A stretch of 63,512 bases of DNA, counting the filler, from Octopus bimaculoides (taxonomy: Eukaryota), in assembly GCF_001194135.2 (NCBI RefSeq). It is 5 parts of 4 records of this genome, joined end to end, with 100 filler letters (N's around TTAATTAATTAA, not from the genome) between each part and the next. Parts side by side here need not be neighbours in the genome. Positions count along the whole stretch, not along the records: positions 1 to 28,604 come from NC_068982.1; 4 more parts are not named here. One strand, written 5' to 3'. Both the position numbers and the translations under genes were made by a program. Below the pieces are notes generated by a model. That model was not told the DNA's origin. It was given only the letters and a program-made list of their open reading frames with translations, and did no database searches. Below are positions 1 through 14,485 of the stretch, in pieces. Position 1 is the stretch's first letter. Each line of letters opens with the position of its first letter.

Positions 1-35
1 TATATATATATGTATATATATATATATATATATAT

Positions 36-300
36 ACCGGAGTAAGCACATAAATGTGCAACAAGGTGGAAAAAAGAGTACTCAAATACCAGAGGCAGAG
101 TAATATGCTTTATTTAAAAGCACCAGAAATATAATAAAAAAACTGTTGCTCGGCGTATGTCCGATGAACGGAAACGTGAAACTCCGAGTAAGAGTTTTTT
201 TTTGTTTTTTTTTTGCATCACCACCAACTTTTAACCAAACAGACCCATGTGTTATAGGGTGGTTGCTTGAGAAGTAGTGACTCACCAGCACATGGCAGAT
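36..300. mobile_element. (TA)n-associated short repeat, probable PLE terminal remnant
   Basis: Abuts (TA)n at 1-35 and carries a hammerhead-like core. Confidence 0.4.
156..194 (+). ncRNA. Degenerate minimal hammerhead-like motif
   Basis: CCGATGA-ACG gaaa CGT-GAAA-CTC c GAG-TA; core has U4>C and helix I is mismatched. Confidence 0.5.
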
Positions 301-1127
301 GCAGCACATGCCTCTATTTTACTATTAGTTTAAAATTCATGTAAAATCCTAAAAATATAAATTTTAACACTCATATATATCGACCTATTTACTGAATTAA
401 TTTGTGAACAAATAATACAGGCTGAATATTATAGCTGTTTATGTAAAAAAAAAATTAAATCAATGAGAGTATCTATAATCCAAATCAACAACAAGAATTA
501 TGAAGTTAATTTATAATAAAATCATAATCTATTACGCACTCTGCCAAATAATGCTCAGACAATATATCTATTGTAATTAATCATATTCTTTAATGTAGTT
601 GAAGGATGGCTACAAAATATATATTGTACATGTGCCAAAAGTGAGCTTATGACGAAAGTTGATTTCATAGACGGTCAGAAAATATAATAGGTTGAATTCA
701 GTTTTGGCATTTGACTCCTATTAACCTATTCGTATTGTTATCGATATTATTTTTAATATGCTGAGCACCTCAAAATATCTTCTCAGAAAATTGTTTTTAA
801 AGACCGCTCGGCATGAATTATAAGATTTTTTTTTTGTTTCTTTATTCTTGTTTTGTGCTGTTGATTTCATAGATGTTCACTTAATTACATATAGTTTAGG
901 TCTGATATAGTTCGCAGTAAATATTCATCCGATCGAATCCTTGAATCCAAAGTCTGAGGTCCTGACATAATACAACGTATTCAAAGAAAATTTATAATAA
1001 AATGAATATGACTGACAGAAAGTACATCAGAAGAACGTTTTCTAAACTAAATACCCATATGGTAGATTATCATTAATACATTTTGTGAATACGTATTTAC
1101 AAGTAACGCTATATACATATTCTTTTA

Positions 1128-1336
1128 TTCGTTTACTTGTTTCAGTCACTAGACTTTGGCCACGCTGGAGCACCGCTTTGAATAGTTTTTAGTCGAAGGA
1201 ATCGACCCGACTACATATTTTTAAAGCTTTGTACTTATTCCATCGGTTACGTATGCCGAGACCCTAAGAGACGGGGACGTAGACACAACAACAACGATTA
1301 GCAAGCGGTGATGGGAGACTAACACAGACACAAAGA

Positions 1337-1368
<32 letters not shown>

Positions 1369-1370
1369 TC
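1128..1370 (-). mobile_element. SINE family B, 3' half
   Basis: Reverse complement of 16880-17100-type sequence. Confidence 0.75.
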
Positions 1371-1806
1371 CGAAAGTGTGTATATGTGTGTGTTTGCGTG
1401 AGCTCACCATCCGCAGCAAGTTATAGATCAAACACAGGATTTGTTATACGTGTGGCATTTATATGAAATAACAACATAAATGTATTTTATAGGTTGAAAT
1501 AAAGCGGACCGCTGAGAGTCTTCTCCTCCCAAACTTTAAACTCACCTGAATAGAGCGGATTCTTTTTTTTTTTTTTTTTTTTCATGATGCAGTCGATCTT
1601 ATCCATCTGTTCCACAATAAAGAAATGCTGCCGCAACAGCTGTTATGAACTTGTAAAATCCAGTTATGCTCGTATTTGATACACACACATACACCCACAC
1701 TCACACGCACACGTACACAAACGCGCGCGGGCACACACTCACATACATGCATGCATGCACACGCAAAAAATGGACAGACACACACATACACACGCACATA
1801 CATATA

Positions 1807-2365
1807 TCAGGTCATCCCATAAGTTCTGTCCGAATGTTGAATAAAGAAAACAAATGATCAAATGTTATACTTAATTGAAATTTAATCATCAATGTACTTT
1901 CCCTGATTAACTATGACTTCCTTCCATCTATTTACAAGATTTTAAATCCCATCAATGTAAAACTGTTTTGGTTTCAAAGCGAAGAACTATGAAATGTCAG
2001 TTTCGACCTCTTTCTGACTTGCAAAAGTTATGTCCCCCAAATGATTTTGTTAACTACGAAACAAATGATAGTCTGAAGGAGCAAGGTCGGGATAATAAGG
2101 TGGATGAAGAATATTTTCCCAACCAAGCTCTTCGATGTTCTGTGATGTGATCTTTGCAGTGTGGGGTCACGCATTGGTCCTGATGAAACATCACCCCTCT
2201 TCGATTCACAAAAGCGGGTCGTTTTTTCTTAAAAGCTTGGTTCAAACTCTCTAATTGCTGACAGTAGACTTGAGCATTGATTGTTGCATTAGGTGGTAAC
2301 AATTCAAAATGAATTACTCATTTGCAATCCCACCAGTCGATAGTACAATGGCCCTTTCCGCTGTT
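1807..2365 (-). mobile_element. Mariner (Tc1/mariner) transposon, 3' half with probable terminal inverted repeat, decayed
   Basis: Fragments WWDCK.VIHFELLPPNATINAQVYCQQL...KKRP..VNRRGVMFHQD, HPPY.PDLAPSDYHLF and FF..KP..FY.DGI..LV.RW..VI...G.YIDD* (stop 1882-1884). TA-preceded tcaggtcatcccataagttctgtccg at 1807 resembles a mariner TIR. Confidence 0.9.
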
Positions 2366-4784
2366 TACTTATTTGTTTTTGTATATGTATGTATGTATGT
2401 ATGTATATATTTGTGTTTGTAAATCAAAGGTAGAACAGAGGTTTAATGCCTTTAGTTTAAGTCTCTGGCCCAGCCGGTTTCGAGTAGTTTAGGAGATAAG
2501 TGGCCGAAACTACTAAGACATTCCGGACTCCAACTGAAGAGGCAATTGCCTGCAAATGATCTGTGAATCTTGTTTTCTCCTGTTTGCCGTTGTCGTGCTA
2601 TCGTCTTTTTTAACGCATGCTGTGTTTTGACGGATTCCGTTTCTTGTATATTTCTGTTCTACCTTTGATTTACAAACACAAATATATACATANNNNNNNN
2701 NNNNNNNNNNNNNNNNNNNNNNNNNNNNNNNNNNNNNNNNNNNNNNNNNNNNNNNNNNNNNNNNNNNNNNNNNNNNNNNNNNNNNNNNNNNNNNNNNNNN
2801 NNNNNNNNNNNNNNNNNNNNNNNNNNNNNNNNNNNNNNNNNNNNNNNNNNNNNNNNNNNNNNNNNNNNNNNNNNNNNNNNNATATATATATATATATACA
2901 ATACATATGTGTGTATGTGTGCGCGTGTATCAAATCAAGGGAGATATCTTCAATAAGTTTAGTTCGCTTTACTGGTTAGTGAAATAATAGTTTCCAGACT
3001 GGAGTTAAAATTGTGTTAACAACAACTAGTGAATTTAACTGGCATTTACTATTTTCTTAGACATATGTGAAGCAAAATCTACTCACCTAGCAATACAAGT
3101 TGCCTCCTTTTCTCTCTCTCTCTATTTCTCTGAACTCTCTTTCTGTCCATCTATCTGTATATTTCTATTTCTCTTCCCTCTTTTCTCTCTCTGGTTGGGA
3201 TTATGCTGTAAATACATTATTTCTATAAATATAAATAGAGAAAATGATTATATAAATAAAAGTAAAGATTGCTTATTTCCGTATACATCATAGGAGCACG
3301 ACCCAAATTCCATATCCATTTATATGAATATGTTAATCGTTTAAATCTCAGAAAGGAAGAGTTTTACCAACTTTGTGCATCATCTTTAACGCAGAAATAT
3401 TTGTATAGCAATAAAATATGTTAGGGGAAATTAGATTCTGTATAATCCAAAATTGTATAAATCGCATATTTGTGAAAAAAAATTAACGTAATATTACAGG
3501 CGCCTGCTGCAACGCACGAAATTCTAATTGCTTCTAAATACACGTAACCGAAGCAATCTATAATGCATCAATTTAAAAATATTCAGATATATATATATAT
3601 ATTTCTTTCTTTTATATCATACAATGCTGAAAATTTACATGGGATTTAATACAATTTATTCTCCAAGTTGTACAAATGAATAATGTTAAGTAAACTCCAT
3701 GTTTAACTGATGAATTTTGAGACATTCCTGATTGAAATAAAAACAGCTTAAAATTTCATAGGATTTTATTTCATCCTATACTTGGTGCTCTGCAAATGAA
3801 TAATCTTATAGTCTTCCTTCCATTTTGCGTGTGCTAAATTGATATTTTTCCTTTAATATTCAATCACAATGCTCGTGTATTAAATCACAGACGCTTTTTT
3901 TTTTTTTGATCTTCCACGACATTTATATCGAAATTTACATCTTCACTATATTTGCAGTCCATTATATTGTTACGCTCTTCCCTCAATTATATACATTCCT
4001 TCGATTGTATCCACTAATAAATATTTACATTTCAATGTAATAATTTAGAATCAGATCGCTACCTTAATAGCAAACAAAACCTCCTTTATGATACTTCCTC
4101 AAAAATGCATTGACCTAGATTTCATACAATAATATTTGGCTCATATATGGTTGCATTATACCATCTCACTTGAATCAATTAATAATTGGTTTAGTTTTTC
4201 CTTTCGAAAAAGAGCGATACGCATTAGTTTCCATTATCTTCTGAATAGCTTCTTCTTAAACAAACATTTCCTATTTGTAGTACCGGATTAAGTCGATCTC
4301 ACCGTTAATTGTTATCTTCTAGCTATTCACACCATGTCACGTGCGAATTTATTTGAACGAAAACTCTAAGTAGAATATGATGATCTTCATGTTTTTTAGT
4401 GAATTTAATAATGCTTCTGAATCGATTCTCGATTGAGGAGACTTTGAGGATTGTAGAAAATATGGAAGAGGCAAATTACTCAGTACATTTATCCCTAGGT
4501 ATTTTATTCCCAGAAGTTCCAGTTTGAAAGTACCAGCCGTTTTACATTAGAATGAGCCAGTTAATAACACATGAAACAATTTGCTCGACATAACAATTAT
4601 ATGTAACTCTATATAATTATTATATTATCTTTCGTTTTTTGTTCTTGTTTTTTTTTAAAAAAAAAGTCCCACTCCATATTTGCGTTCACGAAGGCAGCAA
4701 ATTACAGATGAGATGCATTGAATGAAAAGTTTATTTTCTCGGGAGAGTTGTTGGAATAAGTAGTAATTGTTACAAATGTTGTCA

Positions 4785-4905
4785 TAAGCCTAGTATTTTC
4801 GTTGGAGGACGTATGTCAATTACATCGACCTCAGTGCTCAACTGCTACTTATTTTATCAACAAAAAGCAACTTCGACCTCGGTACAATTTAAATTCAGAA
4901 CATAG
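4785..4905 (-). mobile_element. SINE family A fragment
   Basis: tcaattacatcgacctcagtgctcaactgctacttattttatc...aattcagaac. Confidence 0.65.
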
Positions 4906-5080
4906 CGACTCCGCTTCCTCACGGACTTACTGAAATGAGTAATAATNNNNNNNNNNNNNNNNNNNNNNNNNNNNNNNNNNNNNNNNNNNNNNNNNNNNNN
5001 NNNNNNNNNNNNNNNNNNNNNNNNNNNNNNNNNNNNNNNNNNNNNNNNNNNNNNNNNNNNNNNNNNNNNNNNNNNNNNNN

Positions 5081-5129
<49 letters not shown>

Positions 5130-7208
5130 GTGTGTGTGTGTGTGTGTGCGTGCGTGTGTGTGTCTGTGTGATTACGTACGGATATGAGCGTACATACGAT
5201 TGTGTATATGTGCGCCTCTGTAGAGGTTTACATATGTCTTTCAAATATTACGCATTAGCAATTGTGTCTCGGAATTGTGAAAATCATTTGGCTTATTACC
5301 TTCAGTCATTAAGTCCGCCATTAATACACTGATGCTCTTAAGGCTTTTGCGGTAAGATCTCATGGTACTACTTTTGAAAGAAATCCCTATCAAAATCTCT
5401 GCTATATGCTGTCTCACGATCATGCTCTGTTTTGATTCATTTCAGAGATTCTGAATAAGATAAACTATTTCGACGGGAGCCTCGTGATTACAATAGAAAC
5501 TATTGGAATACTATACCACTGGTGTTAAGTTGTTATTGGTGTGGAAGGATATATAGAGTTTATCATCATTTATTACATTATTTGGGTGCAGCCAAACATA
5601 TTGTTTAAAATATTTAAGGCAACTTTATTTAAATTAAATATATTTTTATCAGTATATATATTTGGAAGATAGATGCAATGCTAGAAGCACATATAGAACT
5701 GTTATTGACCGCCAATAAATAAAATAAATACTAGCTTGCCCAGACGATAAACTCTGGTGGTAGGTAGCAAAGCCATTTCAACCGAATTACAATAAGATGT
5801 TGTAATTCGATTGAAGCTACGCTGAATTCCCAATTTTTACATTTATACTTATAATTATAACAAAATGCGTGAACAAGAACAACTGCAAATACATCAAATA
5901 TATATTTAAAACAGGAATCTAATATGTTATTCCATACTCTAGTATTAGACGGAGATGTATGCAATAACTGGAAACTTTTTTCGGATACAAGTATCTCTAT
6001 GTCTTTCTCATTTCCCCCATTATCTCTCCTTTCGTGTGTGTGTGTGTGTGTATGTTTGTGTGTGTGTGTGTTTGCGTGTGTGTATGTGTGCGTGCTTGTG
6101 TGTGTGTGTGTATGTTTGTGTGTGTGTGTGTTTGCGTGTGTGTGTGTGTGCGTGCTTGTGTGTGTGTATATAACTGTATCTGTGTGCGTGATATGTGCGT
6201 ATGTATGCGTGTGCGCATGCCTGTATTTCTTGCGATATGTAACCATTTTATAGATGTAAAGTTGTTGGCTGCAGTCTTTATAGAACCAAATGTACGAGTT
6301 ATTGACAGCATAGCTAGGGAAAAGGGAATTGAGAAATTAACAAACATGTGAACAAATATATTGAGGGCGGAGATATATCAAATTTATATGTATATAGTTT
6401 CTTATCATTTGTATGTTAGGAGGAATGGGAGAAAAAACGAGTAGTCCAAGCACAGGACGTAAGATATATTTTACTGCGTATATTATTAACCCATAATAAA
6501 TGTCCATAATTGCATTACACTGGAAATAAAGTATGGAAATAAAAATGTGCAGCATTATGAATCGAAGGATATATCTGACTTAAAATCTGCTACTTGGTGA
6601 GATTGTAGAGCAGCAATAGTCACATATATCCAACAAATATTTACCGCTCTTGTATTTTAGATATATCAAATGTTTCGCTCATTAAATACGTGTTACTTGT
6701 ATGCTATAGAAAACTGCAACTTCCTTAGTGATAGCAATTTCGTAACTCATTCGGAAGCGATCTTTTATGCCTACACTATATTAAAGAGTCGTAAGAAGTA
6801 AATAGAAGAATACAGAAGTAGTATTTAGTAAATTATATATTGTATATATGAAATCATGTTTGTCCACAAGTTTCAGTGTATGTGCATATGCTTGCTTGAA
6901 TATGTGAATCCAATTCTACCTTCAACCGAAAGTAAATGTCAAAAGTTATTAACTATAACAAACGCTGACTTATCTACTATTGAACTCAGATCAATTTTAT
7001 TACTCTTTACCGCAAGAAAAGGTATTAAGAATTGTATTTCGCCATAAAATATCAATACAAGAATTTTATCAATATATTCTAAGTTAGATTTATTCTTATT
7101 TTTCATCTTATTAATGGTTATAACCGATTCTCACAAGTAACCCGTAATGTCAATATATAAATGTTGCTTTTAATTGTTTTGTTCTCTACAATATATTCAA
7201 TATAGTAC

Positions 7209-7249
<41 letters not shown>

Positions 7250-9410
7250 ATATATATCAATTAATATATATAATTACAACAATGTATTCTCATCTTTAAA
7301 AATGCTGTATGACTATTTCTGATGCTACGAATGCTCAAACATGTCACGTTTACTTCTTACATATCTCTATATGTAAAATACACACCGACATGAGAGCTTC
7401 AATATGGCAATTTTTTCTGCTAATATGTATGTGTATAATTATCCAAAAAATTTCGTAATGCCAATCGGTATGAAGGAAGAGCATTTTCGATAATATAGCC
7501 TCTAGTAAACATTGAGTAGCAAAAGAACGACATGAAAGATTCGCGTGAACATCCGTTCATTATAGACTTACTTAATCACAGCAGACATACTGCCGATACA
7601 AATAAACTTGAAAATAAATAAGCATAACAAGATCAGCTAAATGTCAAGTCATATATAGCTATGAGAATGTAATCTTCTTACTCTAATACTGAATGAGTTA
7701 CCTCCCCTTTTGCTTTGAACGGCTCGGCTCGGAGAAATACTGGCGTTTGAGAAAGAAATACGACTGTCATCTTCGACATTGAACTCTATTATTAAGAACT
7801 TATATTTTCCGTTTGTACTTCTTGGACTCATGATTCTGATGACTATTTTACTTTGACCAATATTTGGCTATTGACTCAATTATTTTGTACTCTGTTCTGC
7901 CATTGATGTCAATTTTTACTATATTTCCCAACGATTTTTATATACCGTGGACTGCATTTAGCCGTATATTATTTCCTCTATGACGGTAGGTTATGCGAAC
8001 TGGAAATAATCACATCTATGCACCGCGATGCTACGTTATGCGTATTTGTAATACAAGCTATAAATCTACTGTTGCCCAATTCACTTTCCTAACTTTTGAA
8101 AGGGTATGCGGATTTAGAAACGGTAGCAACTAGGTAGAAAATATCAGTCAACTGAGAAGTCTACGAACTTTTCCAAGAAAGTTGGTTAGTACTCACACAA
8201 GCATTCAATCAGCAGTACGTCGACAAGCTCAGGCAAGATGACCTTTTGGGAAATACATTTAAAGGTTGTCAACGGTTTGGAGTGCAAGGAGGAAGTTTGT
8301 CGGTACTATCGACCCAGTATTTGTCAAGTACTTTATTTCATTGACTGTGCAGAGACGAAAAAAAATTAAGTTGATCAGGGTGGAACTTAACGCAGAATGT
8401 AAAGATCCGAACGATCTATACCCTTCCGTGCAACGAAAGGGTATAAATAAAAAACGAAGAAAAAACCGTATTCTTGTTTTCATTTGATTTTCGTTATCAC
8501 TTATTTGGTCTGTTCTTCGTTACTTGTCCTAAGGATTACACTTCACTCTATTTATATTACTCTAATTTTATTTTGCTTTTTCTTTCATTGCTTTTTTGTT
8601 TTGTTTTTTTTGTTTTTGTTTTTTTTTTTCGTTTTGTTGGGGGCGCTCTAAAACTTCTGCGTCGCTTTTTTTCTTCAACGGGGTGAGTAAAACAAGGAAT
8701 CCTGTTCTAAAATGAATGACATTCTGCCAGTGAAATAACGACATCAGTGAGTTCGATCTATTTTGAAGTGTGAGTAAAAGTAAACCACCTGACTATATGT
8801 GTGAAACTGTTTATGTACTTTTTTCTGGTCTTCTATGAGTTCATTTTTATATCAACTTTTTGACAAAATGATGTTACATTTTTTAATGTAATTTTACTTT
8901 TTTCTTGGCTCTGAATAATTTTACCAAGTATAAATGTACTGAGCTATGTATTTTTTTAAAATCTACTTCTTATTGAACGTTTTGTGTTTGAATCGATATA
9001 CTGATTTTTTCTAATGCTCATGAAACACCCTCTATAAAATTATTTCAATATTACATGTCCTATTCGCCTTGACTAAAAATTGATTTCGTGTCGAGTTCGT
9101 ATTTTTGTACTCTCAACTTATCATTCATTGATATTAAAGAATTCATAAAAAGTGCTGATAGCCATTTGGGTTTCAGAAATTATATGGCAATCTTAGTTGA
9201 TATGAATTGGTATATATAAGTTAAACGATTTAAACAACACACTTTTGATTTTTCTACATTAATTGCGGAAATTTGCGGTCTAACGTACACCTGATGTTTC
9301 AGATTTCTCTCAAAAGACATGCGCTTACTCACACATGCTAGTGCAAGGACTTTCATGCACTCTATTACATATATATTGGGTTCAATTTTTTTGCACAAGG
9401 ACATCAATTA

Positions 9411-9589
9411 CGAGGCAGGATAAGTCAATTATATCGACTCAAATTTTCAACTGGTAGTTATTTTATCGATCTCGAAAGGATGAAATGTAAAGTCAGCTTC
9501 GATAGAATTTGAACACAGAACATAAAAGTGAGAGAAATGCCGCAAAGCATTTCGACCGGTGCGATAAAGATTCTTCCAGCTCACCGCCT
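9411..9589 (-). mobile_element. tRNA-derived SINE family A
   Basis: Diverged reverse complement of taaggcggcgagctggcagaa...gagttcaaatt...gtcgactttgcctttcatcc. Confidence 0.75.
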
Positions 9590-10807
9590 ACAGTTACATA
9601 TTAACTACTTATTTGTTTTTGCTATATGATTACAAAATTATGATTATTGGGTCTCACCAAATTACGTTTGGTTATATAACTTCCAGGAATTAGAAGTATA
9701 AATAATAATTGTCATGCGTACATTTAAATATTGTTACAGACTAATATACAAAAGAAATTTGGTTTTTGAGGAGGTATAGTATATTATTAAGGAATACGGA
9801 TAGGATGTGTCACGTTTGGCATGGGAATTAAATTCGATCCTGACACAGAAGAGTTAGCTAATAAATATTAACCAGGATCGTCATTTGCACTAGTAATGAA
9901 GAAATGTGAAAGTATATTTAATTGCAATTAGTTAAATGAAACATATGGCAATGCAGTGAAAAGTAAATGCGATTATGCTACGAGAGATATATTCACTCCA
10001 TTCTCTACATCGTTATTTACAGATTCCATTTATTAGTTTCCAATTGCGAATTCATTTCAGTTTATTTATTTTCATCTATATCTCATTTGATACCTAACAA
10101 ATATATGGTAACTTAAAACTGATTACAACGGCAACATAGTAAGAGGAGTAAGAGGAATAAAAGGAGACAGGCGACTTCACATGGTTGAAATAGGAAATGA
10201 GCACAAAATTACTTTTAACTGATCATGCTTGTTAATTAATATGAGGATATACATACCTTCGCTCGGATTTGACATTCCTTTGTCGACCATGGGTTTAGAA
10301 TCGCGTGAGTTTATTGATAGCCTTTTTGAATTTTAAATTTTTAATTAAATTTATGATGTTTTTATTCTACTACTGGGACCCGTGAACATTCCACCGACTG
10401 GAAAATTTATGAGGAGATATTTCAAACGGAAAGGTTTATTTGCATTTTTATAGCACTCATAGTTTAGCTTTCTTTAAATATTCTTGGCGTTCATCTACAT
10501 TCATCTCCTCACGTGTCCGTCGATGTTGTCTTTTACCTCTTTTTATTATATTTTCTTGCTGTTCCTCTCTGATTCGTGGTCTATATCTGCGCATCCTTTC
10601 TCGAACAGCTTCCGACCCTGTTTCTAGTGAATCCAAAGTTAATTAAATTAACCCTTATAAATAAATATCAAATTTTTAAGCGAGATGATAAATAAATGCG
10701 CTGTAAGCATGCTTTAAGTGATGGTCGCTATAAAAAAAAATAGTTCAATAAAAACAATACTTTTCATTATCAACACACCACCACAACCACCAACAACAAC
10801 AACAACA

Positions 10808-10849
<42 letters not shown>

Positions 10850-10859
10850 NNNNNNNNNN

Positions 10860-10900
<41 letters not shown>
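10808..10900 (+). repeat. (CT)n microsatellite with small gap
   Basis: Directly visible. Confidence 0.95.
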
Positions 10901-10906
<6 letters not shown>

Positions 10907-11536
10907 CCCCATTAATATAACTGCCTCGCCTGTCCATCCCTACCTTTCTTTCCCTTCAGCTAACATTTGAACCACGTAATAAGTATTCCTTCCTTACCTC
11001 ACGCACGTCGTTAACGCTTCTCTCTTCTTTTCTTTCTCTCATTCTACTCCTCTACCTTCTGTTCATCACGTGATCATTTGGCCTAAGTGTATGAATATTA
11101 ATTACCTTTCACTACTTTTCCTTTCTTCTTTCCTCACTCCACACTCTCCCCCTCTCCCTTCCTCGCTCTCCCACTATATCACCCTCTCACCCACTCTCTC
11201 TCTCACATCCTTACTGCACCTCCACCTCTGTAACTACCTAATGTTTAACAGAACGAACAAACAGATTATTATGTTGATATTTGTGGTATATTTCCCTGAT
11301 ATTACAATGGTATTTTGTTCTAAAGGCATATCATTATTTTGCATGTTTAATATGATTCGTATCTGTTCGACTTCATTTTTTTAGGTTAATTCATGTCAAT
11401 ATTGCTAACCAAAATTTGAAATGTGACGCCATTAATGCAAGAGATTCCAATAAGCATTGAAATCTGAATTATCCGCTATATTCACTCATATACAAATATA
11501 TTGTCTGTCGCATAAGCATTTTTTTCTTTCAACTCC

Positions 11537-11585
<49 letters not shown>

Positions 11586-13849
11586 TCTCACTTTTAATAC
11601 GCTTCTTTGATTTACATTTTCATATTTTGTTTTGGCTATCACCAATATTCAGCTAGAATTATTTTAACTTTGATGTTTCTTTCTAGTACTGAACATTTCA
11701 CCTAAGTGCAAATCTACCCAATGTCATTCCGCGTTTTAATGTTTCTACTTTAAATGTAGACATTTACTGCCTACGTCCTACTGACATTTCGATTTTCTCA
11801 GCCATATATCTTTATTAATTACTTACTCATTGTTCCAATAGTATTATTTTAAAACATTTCTTCGAAAATCTGATAAATCAGGAAATAGTTTATTCGTATA
11901 AACATAGAACGATTTTTTACTCTCTCAATATTAGTTAATTCCATCTTTGAACTAAGCATAAAATTCCTGCACTTGTTTTCTTAATAATACAACTTATTTT
12001 CCTAAGTTGTTATTCTATGTGTCTCTTTCCAAATTTCTTCTAGCTTCCAATTTATTTCATAGCCCGATATTTCTGCGGGGAGATCAAAATATATGCTACT
12101 TCTCATTTTACTTTTGACATCTATTTCATCTTGTTGATTTACCCCGAGTTCTCCACAATATTGCTTTTGGATCTCTTCTCATTTCAGGTGATATTGTCTT
12201 CGTATAGATGAAGAAAATACGTTATAATTTTTGTAGTGTGTTATATTGAAAATTCATTTTCTTTCTTTTGTTTTTGTTCTGAAAGGCCATTGTTTCAAAG
12301 TTGTATTGATTATGGTTTGTCATAAGCGTGATCTTTTCTGTCAGAAAACTACCGAACTTATTTCTTTCATACACATAGTTCATATCAGAATTTAGTTGCT
12401 ACTCTCTAACATTTATAGCTCTGTAAAAGGTAAGGGATGTTTGCAACTGAAAATAACTGAAACATTCTATCTTCTTTACATCGTGTTCCACATTCAGTTT
12501 CTACTAATTACAGCCCAATCTATGTTAAATAACAATACTGAGTATTACCTTTGGTAAGTCCACTGATTTCTCTGATTATAGACGAAACCTATAATGTTAT
12601 CCAAATCTTCGTCGAAATCATTACGTGTACAACTTGTTCATATAGGCAGGTATTGCAACTTGCTGAAAATATTTTTCTATGTAAGCTACACAAGTATAAC
12701 AGTTAAAACTTCCTTTTTACATGCACTGGTGCACAATATTACTTTGCTTCTATAAAAATGATAACACATGTATTTCTTTAAATGTATTTTGTATAGTAGC
12801 CATATCTAAGCAATATGTAATATGTTACCTTTATTTTGTGATATATAATATGCATTTAATACTCTCAGGATGGTGAGTGTGCAAGTGTGTAGGCTCTGTG
12901 TATATGCATGCGTATCTGATTATATTTTATAGCTAGTACAATTTACCATTAATAAAACACAATCGGAAATAGAGCTAAACTAATAGTGTGAGAATGTACA
13001 TATTGCAAAAAACTCGATAGGAATAAATATACAGCTATGTACGCCACGATATCATAATATTGATTTTATTTATTGACTTGTGATGAACCCAAGACACGCG
13101 CACGCACACACATACACACGACTCTATTGCCCAGTTTTGCATGTATCGGACTACATTAACGGATTTCTATAATTTGCAAATCCGCTCACAGTCTTCCGAT
13201 TACGGCTCATTGGCGCACGGATTCCCCCGCCATTTCCTTTACATAATGCCATTTTTTTTTGTAATTAGTATAAGTAGAAATCTATTTCTAGTATATTCTC
13301 ACTACCATATACTTTCTTAGAACATAATCCCGCATTAAATTCAATCAAATGTGTTATTAGAACAACAGTGAGGAAATGATTTTGTGAGGACTACCTGTGG
13401 TTACTGATATCTATTCAAGCAATGTATATCGATTAGAGCAGTTGTTTCATTCTTGCACCTCAAACCAAAATACATGACTTGCACATTAAAGACAAAATGA
13501 AATATAAATACGTTAAATTCATTGGAAATTTTTCCTTTCTCCCTACAATCATCCTTAAACTTAAGCTTAAACCTACTTAAACCTATATATCATTCTGCAC
13601 AAACCCGTAGTCATTCATTACGTTTTGCTCCAGTACAAAACAATTTCTTAAATCTTTTATATTACATCTATGACGGCCATATTAAGTTGTATATTCATGT
13701 TTTACTAACGGATACTCTATATCTATGTATATAGAAATGATTCTTCTTTCAATATATTTTTCACAAACGCTAATCATCGAAATTTTCCCTCCAGGTACTG
13801 ATGAACAATCATCTATATAATTTGTATCTTATGTTTTCTAAACCACAAT

Positions 13850-14485
13850 TTAAATGTTTCACGTAGGTGTCTTTCAGTTCAAATACTTCGGTAACTTAAA
13901 TGTCCGCAACTCTGACTTTTATTCTCCATTTAAAACAAAGCTTCTGAATCAGAAACAGGAAATGTTGCCATCCTCTTGCAGTTATCATCATCACTCACTC
14001 GTGTCTGTGATTCGTTATGAAATTCCAAACCACACCATGACCCACACCATGACCCACACTATTCCCGAAATAATTTCGCTTCTATGACACAATACAAAGA
14101 AAATTCTATTGACCGCGATCCACGAGTGTCTCACGAGCACCAATACAGATGTTGCACATTGCATTCGACTCATCGCTAAATACAATTATTTAACGTCTAT
14201 ATGATTTTGCATCTCACTGCGTACACATTAAATCTGCGGATACAGGCTGCAAAAAACATGCAAGAACATGCAAATATTTCTCTGGGAAATTTACCCACTA
14301 ACTACACAGGATGGCACTGGAAAAATAGTAACCTTGCTTCAAAGCAATAGGAGGTGCATACTATGTTTGGCTGAGAAAAGAACTATTTTCATGGATTCTC
14401 TCCACCCAGAGATCTTGAAGCAGTTAGGATTTCTGTTCATGCTCGCATGAAAAGAAAGATGCGATTTGTTTCTGCGGACTAAATG
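13850..14485 (+). mobile_element. Very decayed Penelope-like fragment
   Basis: IPEIIS..HN.KKIL-like segment and RRCILCLAEKRTI (C.LCL.EK motif of the PLE GIY-YIG C-terminus). Confidence 0.55.

Noticed and set aside
2534-2560. CTGAAGA-GGCAATTGCC hammerhead-like start
   Set aside because: No GAAA after the hairpin and no helix I or III.
5306-6458. Short plus-strand exon candidates 5306-5351 (IKSAINTLMLLRLL) and 6420-6458 (GMGEKTSSPSTG)
   Set aside because: Splice sites are plausible but the segments are too short to distinguish from chance in AT-rich DNA.
7649-7831. 60-aa minus-strand ORF MSPRSTNGKYK...
   Set aside because: No splice support or domain similarity; length is within chance.
10480-10650. 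Charged peptide RERMRRYRPRIREEQQ...RTREEMNVDERQEYL resembling Helitron N-terminal repeats
   Set aside because: Short and stop-bounded, with no Rep or helicase motifs or Helitron termini nearby.
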